Positions 40,206 through 50,551 are shown, counted from the first letter of the stretch. The stretch: 64,000 nucleotides of DNA from Candidatus Micrarchaeota archaeon (GCA_043812915.1 JBDRLQ010000016.1:49909-113908); one strand, 5' to 3'. Notes: generated by a model from the sequence alone, not told the origin. Translations and numbers: made by a program.

Positions 40206-41837
40206 ATGGTGAAACTGATGAAATCCCTTTATGCCATATTCGCACTGATGCTGATTTTTTCCTCCGGCTGCCTGCAGCCGGATTGCCCCTCTGACTATGA
40301 GCCTGTCTGCGGGGATGATGGGAAGATTTACCCCAATTACTGCTTTGCCGGGCGCTCCGGGGCGAACGTCTCGTATGAGGGCGTCTGCATAGAGCGCAGG
40401 GATGGCTGCAATGAGACCGACCTTGGCAGGGATGTCCTTGTCGGGGGGATTGCGACTTCTGATGCCGGAAGCTTCACGGACAGCTGCGAGGACCCGGTGA
40501 CCGTTCTTGAATACTACTGCAAGGATGGCGCAATCGACATGGATTTCGTGCAGTGCCCCGCGGGCCATGTCTGCGAGAATGGCGCCTGCGTCCAGGCGGA
40601 GCTTGAGCCGGCATGCGATGACAGCGACAAGGGCACCGATTATTTTGCCTTCGGAGTCGTCACCTATGATGGAAAGAGCTATCCGGATGCATGCAAAAAC
40701 GGGGTGCTAACAGAATACAAATGCTCGGATGGCCAAGTGGGCAGCGTGGCATACACATGCGGCGAGGGCTGCGCTGAGGGGCGCTGCACAAACCAGAAGT
40801 GCACAGATACCGAGTACGGGCAGACAATCTATTCCAGCGGAACTGTGAACCTCATTAATGACAGCGGATGGTTCACCTTCCCTGACAAGTGCGTGAGCGA
40901 GGATATGGTGACAGAATATACATGTGATGGCGATGAGATGCGCGCCGCGAACATATCCTGCCCGGACGCGTATGCCTGCTATGGTGGGGTGTGCTATCCT
41001 GACAAGGCCTGCCACGACACTGACTCGGACCACCCGGACGGAAGGTACCAGCAGGGGACTGTTTATTATGACGGCAAGGACTACAAGGACTACTGCATGG
41101 ACGAGACCTTGGTTGTGGAATATTCATGCTCAGCTTCGCAGAAAGTGCACGAGGCATATCTCTCATGCCCTGGCGGATATGAATGCTCCAAGGGGGCGTG
41201 CGTCGAGCTGGCGGAATGCGAGGATACTGATGGTGGCAGGGACTACTATGAGCGCGGGACCACTTCGGAGTCAGGAGGTTTCGAGGCGACCGATCAGTGC
41301 ATGGGGGATTCCCGGCTGCTTGAATACTTCTGCGATTCCGGCGAGCTAGTGGATTCCGTCCGCTTTGACTGCCCCTCAGGATACGTGTGCACCTCGGGCG
41401 CATGCGTGGAAGCCTCCCCATGCGAGGACAGTGATGGGGGAACGGATTACTACGAGCAGGGGACCACTGAGATGGAAGGCATCAGTGTGGAGAGCGACTA
41501 CTGCATCGACAATACGGTCGTGGAATTCTTCTGCGACGGCTCAAGGAGCATGGATCAGGTGGAGTTCGCCTGCCCCTACGGGTATGCATGTTCCGAAGGT
41601 GCGTGCGTGAGCTACTGCTCGGATACCGATGGCGGGAATGCTCCCGAGGACTTCGGCGAGGTTTTCTACGGCAGCCACGCGTTCGCGGACTACTGCGTTG
41701 AGCGGGAGGCGCCGTTGCTGGACAAATTGGTGGAGTACTACTGCAGCGTGGACGGCCTGAGCTATGAGACATTCGAGTATTCATGCTCCGGCGGATGCGG
41801 CGGAGGGGAATGCGCCCCGCTCCTGGTGCCCGAGTAG
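40206..41837 (+). CDS. Cys-rich surface lipoprotein (tandem paralog): Kazal-like domain plus 7 six-Cys repeats
   Basis: Lipobox FSSGC; CPSDYEPVCGDDGKIYPNYC; first repeat shares ETDLGRDVL with the upstream gene. Confidence 0.85.
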   Translation: MVKLMKSLYAIFALMLIFSSGCLQPDCPSDYEPVCGDDGKIYPNYCFAGRSGANVSYEGVCIERRDGCNETDLGRDVLVGGIATSDAGSFTDSCEDPVTVLEYYCKDGAIDMDFVQCPAGHVCENGACVQAELEPACDDSDKGTDYFAFGVVTYDGKSYPDACKNGVLTEYKCSDGQVGSVAYTCGEGCAEGRCTNQKCTDTEYGQTIYSSGTVNLINDSGWFTFPDKCVSEDMVTEYTCDGDEMRAANISCPDAYACYGGVCYPDKACHDTDSDHPDGRYQQGTVYYDGKDYKDYCMDETLVVEYSCSASQKVHEAYLSCPGGYECSKGACVELAECEDTDGGRDYYERGTTSESGGFEATDQCMGDSRLLEYFCDSGELVDSVRFDCPSGYVCTSGACVEASPCEDSDGGTDYYEQGTTEMEGISVESDYCIDNTVVEFFCDGSRSMDQVEFACPYGYACSEGACVSYCSDTDGGNAPEDFGEVFYGSHAFADYCVEREAPLLDKLVEYYCSVDGLSYETFEYSCSGGCGGGECAPLLVPE

Positions 41838-41857
41838 GCCATCAGCTTTTTCCAGGC

Positions 41858-43090
41858 TCAGTATCTGAGGGCTTCCACAGGGTCCATCTTTGAAGCTTCC
41901 CTCGCAGGTATTATGCCCGCGAGGATGCCTGTTCCAGCGGAGAAAAGGAAAGCGAACCCGAATATGGCAGGGCTAAGGACATAGGGAATCCCGAAGCTCT
42001 CAACGACAAGGAGTATCCCAACCCCCATCAATATCCCGATAATCCCGCCAATCAGGCCCAGCATCCCGCTCTCCATTATGAAAATAAGCATTATATCATT
42101 CCGTGTCGCGCCCATCGCCTTCATCACGCCGATTTCGCGGACCCTCTCAAGAACCCCCATGAACATGGTATTGGATATCCCTATCGCGCCGACAAGGGAA
42201 GCTATTATCGTTATCGCGGCAAGGAAAGAGCCAAGCAGGCCCAGTATGCCGCCAACAGTCTCATTGATGAAGTCCGCGGTTATGACTGTGAAGTCCAGGT
42301 TATCCAAAGTCACCTTGTGGAATGAGGCAATCTTCCGCTCTATTGAGTCCTTGATGTCGTTCTGGTCGAAGCCCTCCTCAATCTGCACGAATATGTAGTT
42401 GATTTCGTTCTTTGTGAGCTGGTTCGCGAACAGCTCCTCCGCGTCCTTGAAAGGGACGTAGATTGCCGAGTCGTCCTGGGCCGAGAGTGAGGTCCCGATC
42501 TTCTTGAGAACCCCAACAACGCGGTAATTCTCGCCATTGATTACAAGGGTGTTCCCAACTCCGACGCGGTCATTGCCCCAGAGCTCGTTGGCGGCGTCAT
42601 TGGCAAGTACCACTACATTCCTGTCACTGTCCTGGTAAAGCCTTCCACTCTCAATCTCCATGTAGTCATCATACTGATCGAATCCTTTGGCGTCCATGCC
42701 GAATATTGGCGCGGTAATGCTCCTGTCCCTGAATTCCATGCTCGCCCGGCCGAATATCACTCTGGCGACCGATTTAACTCCTGGAATCCCCTCTATCGCC
42801 TCGGCATCCCTCTGAAACAGTTTGCCTGACGATGCCTGCACCGGGCCGCCGCCAAGGGCTTCAAGCCCTCCTTCATCAACATTGACCGGCAGTATGAACA
42901 TGTTCTCTGAGCCGAATGCTGACATCTGGTCGTTTATGTCCTTCTGCACGCCCTCGCTGACCGAGAGAATCACCACTAACGCGACTACCCCAATCACAAT
43001 TCCTATTATCGTGAGCACGGAGCGCAGGCTGGCAGTGCGCAGGCTTTTCAGGGCATATTTAGACGATTCTATCAGGTTCAGCCATACCAC
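41858..43090 (-). CDS. ABC transporter permease (MacB/FtsX/LolCE family)
   Basis: RSVLTIIGIVIGV, NTMFMGVLERVREIGVMKAMGA and DPVEALRY. Confidence 0.92.
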   Translation of the reverse strand: MVWLNLIESSKYALKSLRTASLRSVLTIIGIVIGVVALVVILSVSEGVQKDINDQMSAFGSENMFILPVNVDEGGLEALGGGPVQASSGKLFQRDAEAIEGIPGVKSVARVIFGRASMEFRDRSITAPIFGMDAKGFDQYDDYMEIESGRLYQDSDRNVVVLANDAANELWGNDRVGVGNTLVINGENYRVVGVLKKIGTSLSAQDDSAIYVPFKDAEELFANQLTKNEINYIFVQIEEGFDQNDIKDSIERKIASFHKVTLDNLDFTVITADFINETVGGILGLLGSFLAAITIIASLVGAIGISNTMFMGVLERVREIGVMKAMGATRNDIMLIFIMESGMLGLIGGIIGILMGVGILLVVESFGIPYVLSPAIFGFAFLFSAGTGILAGIIPAREASKMDPVEALRY

Positions 43091-44305
43091 CTACTCATAT
43101 CTCAATGCTTCCACCGGGTCAAGGGCAGCGGCCCTTTTCGCCGGAACAGTCCCGGAAACAATCCCAACAACAGCGGAGAACAGCACCGCTCCGGCGGCGA
43201 CAACCGGTGAAATCGCGACAGTCACTCCGAACGCTCCAATCAGGAGGGCTACAAGGAAAGCCAGCAGAAGGCCAAGAGCCCCTCCGGCCGCGCCAATCAT
43301 GCTGCTCTCAACAAGGAAAATCATCATTATGTCTTTCTCCCTCGAACCGAGCGCTTTTAGCACTCCAATCTCCCTCCGCCTTTCCATAACGCTCATGAAC
43401 ATCGTGTTAGCAACGCCTACGCCGCCAACAAGCAATGCTATGCTGGCAATCGCCCCCAAAAATAGCGAGAGCACTTCAGTGACGCTGTTAATCTGCTCAT
43501 TTATGAATCCTGATGTGATTACCCCGAAATCCTTCTCATCCTCGTTCACGCGGTGGGATGCCATCATTATGTCCTCGATCTCATCAGCGACTTCCTCGAC
43601 ATCAGAGCCTTCCTTCACGCTAATCCTTATCGCGCTGATTTCATTGGCGACCAGCAGGTTGTCGAACATGTCCTCGGCCTCAGTAAACGGAATGAATGTG
43701 ATTGAATCAACATTGAAGCCGGAATTGCCTGTCCTCTTGAGGATTCCAACGACAGTGTACTGCTCCCCTCCTATTTCCATCTTGGAGCCAACGCGGATTT
43801 CCTCATCAAAGCTGTCCTTTGCAAGGTCATTGCCAAGGACAGCCCCCATGCGCTCGTTGTCTAAGAGGAACCTTCCGCTCTCAATCTCAAGAGTGCCGAC
43901 CGTCTGCCTGAATATGTCCGGCTCTATCCCGTACACGCTGCTGCTTATCTGCTGGCTCTTGTACTCAAGATAAGTAGTTCCGCTGATTACCGGCGTTATG
44001 AATTCTATCTCAGGAACACGCCTCACGCGCTCATAGTCCTTCTGGTATAGCTTTCCGCTTGAGGGCATGTATGAGGAAGCGCCGAACGAGCCGCCCCCAG
44101 CAACGTTTATCGGAACGACTATGATTGTCCTCGGGCCGAATCCCTCAAGCTGCTCCGTAATCCCGTCTTTTAGCCCCTGCACCAGCCCGACCAGCACTAT
44201 GATTGCCGTTATGCCTACGACGATGCCCATCACGGTGAGCCAGGAACGGAGGCTCCTGCGGCGCAGAGCGTTCACGCCGTAGGAAACCATCTCAAGCAGG
44301 TTCAT
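43091..44305 (-). CDS. ABC transporter permease (MacB/FtsX/LolCE family)
   Basis: RSWLTVMGIVVGI, NTMFMSVMERRREIGVLKALG and DPVEALRYE. Confidence 0.92.
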   Translation of the reverse strand: MNLLEMVSYGVNALRRRSLRSWLTVMGIVVGITAIIVLVGLVQGLKDGITEQLEGFGPRTIIVVPINVAGGGSFGASSYMPSSGKLYQKDYERVRRVPEIEFITPVISGTTYLEYKSQQISSSVYGIEPDIFRQTVGTLEIESGRFLLDNERMGAVLGNDLAKDSFDEEIRVGSKMEIGGEQYTVVGILKRTGNSGFNVDSITFIPFTEAEDMFDNLLVANEISAIRISVKEGSDVEEVADEIEDIMMASHRVNEDEKDFGVITSGFINEQINSVTEVLSLFLGAIASIALLVGGVGVANTMFMSVMERRREIGVLKALGSREKDIMMIFLVESSMIGAAGGALGLLLAFLVALLIGAFGVTVAISPVVAAGAVLFSAVVGIVSGTVPAKRAAALDPVEALRYE

Positions 44306-44306
44306 G

Positions 44307-45770
44307 TTACCTTTTCTCGGGTTTCTTCCTGAATTTGAACCACCAGACGCCCGCACCAATCGCCAGGACTAGCGGTATAGCGATGCATAGGTCTGATGGG
44401 CCCTCCACGTTCGGGCCGTATACCTCGATACTCTGCTCAACGCTGGTGCTCTTCCATTCGCCCGACTTGTCCCTGTAGGTTATGGTGATGTCCAACGGGT
44501 AGCTTCCCGGTGTCAATGCAGTCACCTTCACCTTGAACTGCACAGTTGAGAAATCATCGTTCTCCAGGCTGCCTATGTACCTCTTCGTGGAGATATCCAG
44601 CATCTGGAGGGAGTCCGATTCCATGCCCACTTCCACATTATCTATCCCATACGATCCAAGATTGGAGACAAGCACTGATATCGTGTGCTCCCCGCCGGCT
44701 GTTAGCGGAGCAGGCTTTGCCTCGAGGTAAACTCCGACCTCAACATCCGATGAGATTGTCATCGGGATGTTGACCGACTCGGTCTTGTCAACGTTCTCCT
44801 CTACCCAGGTCACTGTCGCAGGAACCAGGTTAAGGCCAGGCGTATAATCCGCGAATACCACTGCGGAAACGGTAGCGCTTGAGCCAGGGGCGATGTTCCC
44901 GACCTCAAGCTCGTTCTTGAATTTCAGGCGCAGGTTGGTCTCGTCAAAGCTAATCCTGACATCATTGAGCGTTTCTGTGCCGTCGTTAACGACTTCAAGG
45001 GTGAGCGTCCCCTCCTGCCTGGTTATCAGGCTGCCCTTCTGCAGGAATGTGACATCCAGGCGCTCTTTCTTGATTGTAATCCTGACATACTCGGTAGTCG
45101 AGTGCTCAAGCCCGAGCTCATCCTCGTATGTTATGCTGACCGGAAGGTCCGTCGGCCCGTCCACCGCGTTCCTTGAGTCCAGGGTGAGTAATACCTCCTC
45201 GCTGCCCGTTATCTGGCTTATGAATATTTCATTGGTTCCGAAAAGCGCGACCTCCGAGCCCTCGCCAATCTTCAGCTTCACATTCCTGGCTATTCCGCCC
45301 TTATTGTCTACTGTGAGGCCGACCGTGTCGATTCCGCCGATTAGATGCGTGTCTGTTGTTAGCGTGAATTCAGGCGCGTCCACAACCGTCACCGGTATTG
45401 CGACCGAGTTCGTTATGTACTCCCTCCTATCGGTCCTCTCTTCATATCCGGAGAATCTTATCTCCACAAGATAAATCCCTGATTTGGCACCAGAGCTCAC
45501 CCTGAAGGGAAGGGACACGGAAGTAGTTGCTCCAGCGCCCAGATCCACAATCGTGCTCGGGCCGCTGACGGAAACCTCCGGCGGGCTGTATATGGTCATA
45601 CCGATTGTGGAAATCTGGTATGTGGTCGGGTTGGATAAGGTCATTGTGATAATACCGCTCCCTCCAGACCTGAACGATTCCTGGGACACATCCCAATCAG
45701 GGACGGCAATCCCTGCAAACACTCCCCCAATCAACACTCCAAATATCAATAACAGCTTCAGCAGTCTCAT
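44307..45770 (-). CDS. Membrane-anchored S-layer-domain protein (COG1361-like, Ig-like repeats)
   Basis: Signal peptide; repeated L.V.N.G...A.NV and Y.D..G beta-sandwich motifs; C-terminal TM; typical partner of this ABC type. Confidence 0.8.
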   Translation of the reverse strand: MRLLKLLLIFGVLIGGVFAGIAVPDWDVSQESFRSGGSGIITMTLSNPTTYQISTIGMTIYSPPEVSVSGPSTIVDLGAGATTSVSLPFRVSSGAKSGIYLVEIRFSGYEERTDRREYITNSVAIPVTVVDAPEFTLTTDTHLIGGIDTVGLTVDNKGGIARNVKLKIGEGSEVALFGTNEIFISQITGSEEVLLTLDSRNAVDGPTDLPVSITYEDELGLEHSTTEYVRITIKKERLDVTFLQKGSLITRQEGTLTLEVVNDGTETLNDVRISFDETNLRLKFKNELEVGNIAPGSSATVSAVVFADYTPGLNLVPATVTWVEENVDKTESVNIPMTISSDVEVGVYLEAKPAPLTAGGEHTISVLVSNLGSYGIDNVEVGMESDSLQMLDISTKRYIGSLENDDFSTVQFKVKVTALTPGSYPLDITITYRDKSGEWKSTSVEQSIEVYGPNVEGPSDLCIAIPLVLAIGAGVWWFKFRKKPEKR

Positions 45771-46501
45771 TTTCGCACCTTCAGATTAGCTTTTTTCTTT
45801 TCAGCAGTATGGTTCCAGTCATAAATGGTGCCGTCTTTAAGGCGCACCACCCTCTCAGCGATTCTCGTGATGCTCTCATCATGCGTGATAATCGCAATCG
45901 TCCTCCCCTTCTCATGGAGCATTGTTAGTATTTTAAGCACCTCAGCGCCTGTCTTCGAGTCCAGGTTGCCGGTTGGCTCATCGGCAAGGATGATTTCCGG
46001 GTCATTCACAAGAGCCCGTGCAATTGCGACCCTCTGGCGCTCACCGCCCGAAAGCTGGTTTGGGTAATGGTCAAGCCTATGCCCAAGCCCAAGCTCCTTT
46101 AATATCTGCTTGACCCGCTCCTTCTTGTCACTGCATCTGGTATTGCAGATTAGGAGGGGCAGCATTACATTGTCTGTCACGGTCAGCGAATTAATCAGGT
46201 TGAATGTCTGGAATACGAACCCTATCTTCTCCCCCCTCACCCTTGCCTGCTCATTCTCATTCATGGTGCTTGTGTCCACACCGTCAATGAATCTCTTTCC
46301 GCTGCTGGGGCTGTCAAGCATTCCGATTATGTGGAGCAGCGTTGATTTCCCTGAGCCGCTAGGGCCCAGGATGCACATGAGTTCGTCCTCGAAGATTTCA
46401 AGATTGGCGTTCCTAAGGGCATGCACTTCCACGCCCTCGCCCATGGTGTAGGTCTTGCTGACATTCCGCAGCTCCAGTATCGTGTCGCCCCTTTTTGCCA
46501 T
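45767..46501 (-). CDS. ABC transporter ATP-binding protein (LolD/MacB-like)
   Basis: [28 protein letters not shown] and H-loop. Confidence 0.95.
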   Translation of the reverse strand: MAKRGDTILELRNVSKTYTMGEGVEVHALRNANLEIFEDELMCILGPSGSGKSTLLHIIGMLDSPSSGKRFIDGVDTSTMNENEQARVRGEKIGFVFQTFNLINSLTVTDNVMLPLLICNTRCSDKKERVKQILKELGLGHRLDHYPNQLSGGERQRVAIARALVNDPEIILADEPTGNLDSKTGAEVLKILTMLHEKGRTIAIITHDESITRIAERVVRLKDGTIYDWNHTAEKKKANLKVRK

Positions 46502-46511
46502 TCAAATCACC

Positions 46512-46862
46512 TCAAGAAGACATTTCCTGCAGGAATTCTTTTCTTAGCGGGCATTCGCCAACATGCTTTTTTGCATGCGCAATTGCGTTCCTGCCCATCG
46601 GAGTTATCTTATACAACTTCTTCGCCCTCTTCCCGTGCATCTCTGTCTTCTGCGTGATGAATCCCTTCTCGTTAAGCTCTGCGAGCACCGGATATATCCT
46701 GTTTGCGGTGCATGGAAAGCCACCGTCCTTCTGGATTTTCTTGATTAGCTCGTACCCGTGCACCTCTTCCTTTGAAATCAGCCAGAGCAGGAATGTCCTG
46801 AACATGTGCCTGATGACCCGCTTCTCCATGTCCTTGCCCGGGGGTTTTTTGTGTGGATACAT
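46512..46862 (-). CDS. PadR-family transcriptional regulator
   Basis: HGYELIK, IYPVL..L...G.I and K.YKIT..G; first gene of the ABC operon. Confidence 0.88.
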   Translation of the reverse strand: MYPHKKPPGKDMEKRVIRHMFRTFLLWLISKEEVHGYELIKKIQKDGGFPCTANRIYPVLAELNEKGFITQKTEMHGKRAKKLYKITPMGRNAIAHAKKHVGECPLRKEFLQEMSS

Positions 46863-47019
46863 ATTGTTTCCGATATGTACCAAAGTTGATATATTTAAAC
46901 CTATTCAATGGAAAAGGGAAAAAATATCCGGCTCTCCCTGAAATTGCCCATCCGCCGCACATAGCATTATAATTAGTTTTCTTCCAATGGCATCATCTCT
47001 TGTTTTCAGGGGTTTTACA

Positions 47020-48273
47020 ATGGCAGACTATGAAGTAAAAGACATAGGATTAGCAGAACAGGGAAAGCTGAATATCTACTACGCCGAGCGCAACATGCCC
47101 ATCATGATGCGCATAAAGGAGCGCTTCGAAAGGGAGAGGCCATTCGAGGGGATGACGATTGGGTTGGCCCTTCACATCACAAAGGAGACTGCGGTGCTCG
47201 TTCGCACCCTGGCCGCGGGCGGCGCGAAGGTCGCCCTCGCAAGCTGCAATCCGCTGAGCACCCAGGATGATGTCGCAGCAGCTCTCGCAAAGGACGGCGT
47301 CCATGTATACGGATACAAGGGGGAGAACAAGGAGGACTATTACAAGTATATAGAGAATGTAATCGCGCAAGAGCCGGACATCACAATCGATGATGGCTGC
47401 GACCTTGTCACTGCATTGCACACCAAGCACCAGGACAAGCTGGGGAAAATCATCGGGGGATGCGAGGAGACTACGACTGGGATAATCAGGCTCCATGCGA
47501 TGGAGAATGATGGCGTCCTGAAATGCCCGATGGTGGCGGTCAACGACAACAAGACCAAGCACCTGCTTGACAATTACTATGGTACGGGGCAGTCCAGCAT
47601 CGACGGGCTCCTGCGAGCTGCCAACATGCTGATTGCTGGGAAGGTCTTCGTTGTCTGCGGATACGGCGACTGCGGAAAAGGGGTCGCGCTCCGCGCAAAG
47701 GGCTTTGGCGCCAATGTCGTAGTGACGGAAGTGGACGCGTTCCGCGCGATGACCGCCGTGCTTGACGGGTATCGGGTGATGCCTGTTGCCGAGGCGGCGA
47801 AAATCGGCGACATATTCCTCACTGTTACCGGGGACAAGCACGTCCTTACGGTCGGGCACATAAAGAGCATGAAGGATGGCGCAATCGTCTCCAACTCCGG
47901 GCACTTCGACAATGAGATTGATATAGAGGGCCTTGAAAAAGCGGCCTCATCGAAGAGGAAAATAAGAGCGTTCCTGGATGAGTACGAGCTTGATGGCAAG
48001 AAGATTTACGTTGCCGCAGAAGGGAGGCTTGTCAACCTTGGGGCGGCCGAAGGGCACCCGTCCGAAGTGATGGCGACCTCCTTTGCCGGCCAGTCCCTTG
48101 CCTGCGAATACCTTGTCAAGAACAAGGGAAAGCTCGGGAACAAAGTGATAAGGCTGCCGGTGGAGATTGACAATCATATCGCCGAACTCCAGCTTGAGGC
48201 TATGGGAGTGAAAAAGGACACGCTCACTGAGGAGCAGAAGAAATACCTCACAAGCTGGCAGGAAGGGACGTAA
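47020..48273 (+). CDS. ahcY: Adenosylhomocysteinase
   Basis: SCNPLSTQD, DDGCDL, EETTTG, DNYYGTGQS and EGRLVNLGAAEGHPS. Confidence 0.97.
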   Translation: MADYEVKDIGLAEQGKLNIYYAERNMPIMMRIKERFERERPFEGMTIGLALHITKETAVLVRTLAAGGAKVALASCNPLSTQDDVAAALAKDGVHVYGYKGENKEDYYKYIENVIAQEPDITIDDGCDLVTALHTKHQDKLGKIIGGCEETTTGIIRLHAMENDGVLKCPMVAVNDNKTKHLLDNYYGTGQSSIDGLLRAANMLIAGKVFVVCGYGDCGKGVALRAKGFGANVVVTEVDAFRAMTAVLDGYRVMPVAEAAKIGDIFLTVTGDKHVLTVGHIKSMKDGAIVSNSGHFDNEIDIEGLEKAASSKRKIRAFLDEYELDGKKIYVAAEGRLVNLGAAEGHPSEVMATSFAGQSLACEYLVKNKGKLGNKVIRLPVEIDNHIAELQLEAMGVKKDTLTEEQKKYLTSWQEGT

Positions 48274-48361
48274 TCCCTTTCCTTATTTTGTAGCGCGGCC
48301 CTTCCCCCTTGCGCATCCACAAAGCATTCTGTCTTATCTCACGCTATACATGCCGTTCCTT

Positions 48362-49396
48362 TTAAGAGCCCTTTTTTCTTTTTGAGTCCTGCTTTCTATC
48401 ATCCATCACAGAGCTGCAATCTTCTGAATGGAGTTCGGTGAGGTCGCCGAACACTTCAACCCCTGCCACGAAATCGTCAAATATCCCCAGCTCGTTCAAG
48501 GCATCCACCACCATATCTCTCGTGACATCCGCGCATTCACCCCGCTTATCCAGCTGGATGAAGGCTGTGAGCGCATCCACATCCCCCTTGAGAATTTTAT
48601 GCTCCTCGATTATCGCGCATAGGTGTTCATCGACATATCTGTCCCAGGAATCATCGGCCAATTCGCTGGAATCACTGCTGGTTTTGCTTTTCCCGCTCTT
48701 CCTGCGCCCCCTGCAGTGTTTCTCATCAAAGAGCCGTTCCCACAGCCTCCTGATGTCCGCCGCAGTAACAAGGCCGTGGGGTTCACCCATAATCCGGTTA
48801 TATCTTATTGCAAGCTCTTCAGGTGTGAGTTCCGGATGCCTTCTTCTAATCGACATCAGGCAATTCCGCTCCGGAAGGCTCCATTCGGCCTTAGGCGCAA
48901 GCACGACCTGCCGGTTATTCTTTTGCGCGAGCAGCTCTTCCACTTCCTTTGTGGAAATCCTTTTTCCGAACCTGCCCCAGAGCCTCTCAGAGATTTTGTC
49001 CGTGCCAATCCCACGCGCGTGCAATGCAAAAATCAGCCTCTCCATCCCGGACGTTATCCTGGGCGCAGGAGGCAGCTTCTTTCCCCGCTCGTATGCTCCT
49101 TTGCCCTCCTGGACTAATATTGAGAGCTCTTTTCCAAGCTGTGCGATTGTAATTAGGGGCAGTCCTCTGCTTTGGGCAATCTCATTACACTTGGTCGAAA
49201 TCCTGTTGAGCAATTTCCTGGTCGGATTCGTGAGAGCTTTCCTTGCGATGCCCTCGTTTATTATCACTCCAATCAGCACCGCCCTCATTGCCGGTGATAA
49301 TGATGTGCTGATGTCAAATTGCCCAATTTCCTTAGATGGCTTTTTGCCCTCTCTCCCGTCTCCAGCCCTTCCAGCTCTTGCAGTGACCCTTCCCAT
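48362..49396 (-). CDS. Hypothetical basic protein with tandem helix-turn-helix/Myb-like units
   Basis: 344-aa ORF; WSLPERNCL...EELAIRYN...TAADIRRLWERL resembles a Myb/SANT repeat. Confidence 0.55.
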   Translation of the reverse strand: MGRVTARAGRAGDGREGKKPSKEIGQFDISTSLSPAMRAVLIGVIINEGIARKALTNPTRKLLNRISTKCNEIAQSRGLPLITIAQLGKELSILVQEGKGAYERGKKLPPAPRITSGMERLIFALHARGIGTDKISERLWGRFGKRISTKEVEELLAQKNNRQVVLAPKAEWSLPERNCLMSIRRRHPELTPEELAIRYNRIMGEPHGLVTAADIRRLWERLFDEKHCRGRRKSGKSKTSSDSSELADDSWDRYVDEHLCAIIEEHKILKGDVDALTAFIQLDKRGECADVTRDMVVDALNELGIFDDFVAGVEVFGDLTELHSEDCSSVMDDRKQDSKRKKGS

Positions 49397-49493
49397 AAAA
49401 TAATGCCTGTATACACCGTCTTAAAAATTTTTGGAAATGACCGAATTCATGAAAAAACAACAATTATAAACACTTATTTACACATATTATGCT

Positions 49494-50072
49494 ATGCAGA
49501 GGCGTCTGACTGATTCAAGAACCCAGGAAAGAAGCAATCCATCTTCAAGCACTATTAGGAGGGCCGCGGCAATCGGGGCATTCTCGATGTCCACGCTTGC
49601 CCTTCAGGGCTGCGGCAACAATCCATCCTCAGGCATCGCAGCAGATGCGCAGCCTCGGGCCGCAGCGCCTGATGCGTATAACTCGAAGGTACCAAGGAGC
49701 AGGGAGGTCGAGAGGCTCCGCCAGATAATTTCCGAGAGTAAGAACAACGACGTTGCAAAGGATTACATAGTGGGAATGGCAAATCAGCGCACCGATGCGG
49801 AAGTCGTCCTAATGATTGACCTGGCATCCACGTTCAGGAGATTAGGCATGGGCGGCGATGACATAGTAAACGCGCTGATACAGATCGAGGATCCCTTGCC
49901 CGAGAAGGGTTTTGCGGTAAAGCGCGGCCCGCACGGATTCGAGAGCATGGGCCTGGACACGCTCCTGAAGCGTGCCGAGGCTCTTAGCGGACCAGATTCG
50001 AATTATCGGTTCGGCCACAGATTCGATGTGGAAAGCAGCACCCTCTTCCTAACGATGAGGCATGCCGAATAA
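49494..50072 (+). CDS. Hypothetical protein, possible lipoprotein
   Basis: Basic leader, IRRAAAIGAF and lipobox-like LALQGC; upstream TTATAAA. Confidence 0.55.
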   Translation: MQRRLTDSRTQERSNPSSSTIRRAAAIGAFSMSTLALQGCGNNPSSGIAADAQPRAAAPDAYNSKVPRSREVERLRQIISESKNNDVAKDYIVGMANQRTDAEVVLMIDLASTFRRLGMGGDDIVNALIQIEDPLPEKGFAVKRGPHGFESMGLDTLLKRAEALSGPDSNYRFGHRFDVESSTLFLTMRHAE

Positions 50073-50125
50073 AAGCCGCCTCTTCAAACCTTCTTTTTTA
50101 AATTCTTCCTTAGTTATTCATCTCC

Positions 50126-50539
50126 ATGAGTTCTGAGAATGATTACGAGAAGCTACTGGATGGCATCTACGAGAACCTTCCAGAGAGGGCGACGACCGGC
50201 GAGCGGTTCGAGATGCCGAAATTTGAATTCTTCACAGAGGGAAACAAGACGATTATCAAGAACTTCAAGTCGGTGACCGATAAAATCAGGAGGGACCCCG
50301 AGATGCTTATCAAGTTCCTCACAAAAGAGCTTGCCGTCCCTGCCGAGCAGCAGAGCGAGAGGCTGGTCCTCCAGAGGAGGCTGACTGGCGACATTGTAAA
50401 CAAGAAGCTCGAGGAATTCGTTAATAAATATGTGATGTGCAGGGAATGCAAGCGCCCTGATACTAATATCAGTGACGCTGGTCACGGCCTTAAGCTCCTC
50501 GTGTGCGAAAGCTGCGGGGCAAGGCGGCCGTTAAGATAG
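50126..50539 (+). CDS. eif2b: Translation initiation factor aIF-2 beta
   Basis: YEKLLD, ERFE.P, GNKTII.NF and CREC..PDT...CESCGA. Confidence 0.95.
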   Translation: MSSENDYEKLLDGIYENLPERATTGERFEMPKFEFFTEGNKTIIKNFKSVTDKIRRDPEMLIKFLTKELAVPAEQQSERLVLQRRLTGDIVNKKLEEFVNKYVMCRECKRPDTNISDAGHGLKLLVCESCGARRPLR

Positions 50540-50551
50540 TTTGGTGATATA

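Noticed and set aside
37673..41837. DNA-level tandem repeat or CRISPR-like array
   Set aside because: Periodicity is at the protein level; nucleotide copies are highly diverged.
46884..47019. SAH/SAM riboswitch upstream of ahcY, and a PadR operator
   Set aside because: No recognisable riboswitch consensus; the ATATGTAC..GTTGATATAT near-palindrome just upstream (about 46873-46894) is too weak to call.
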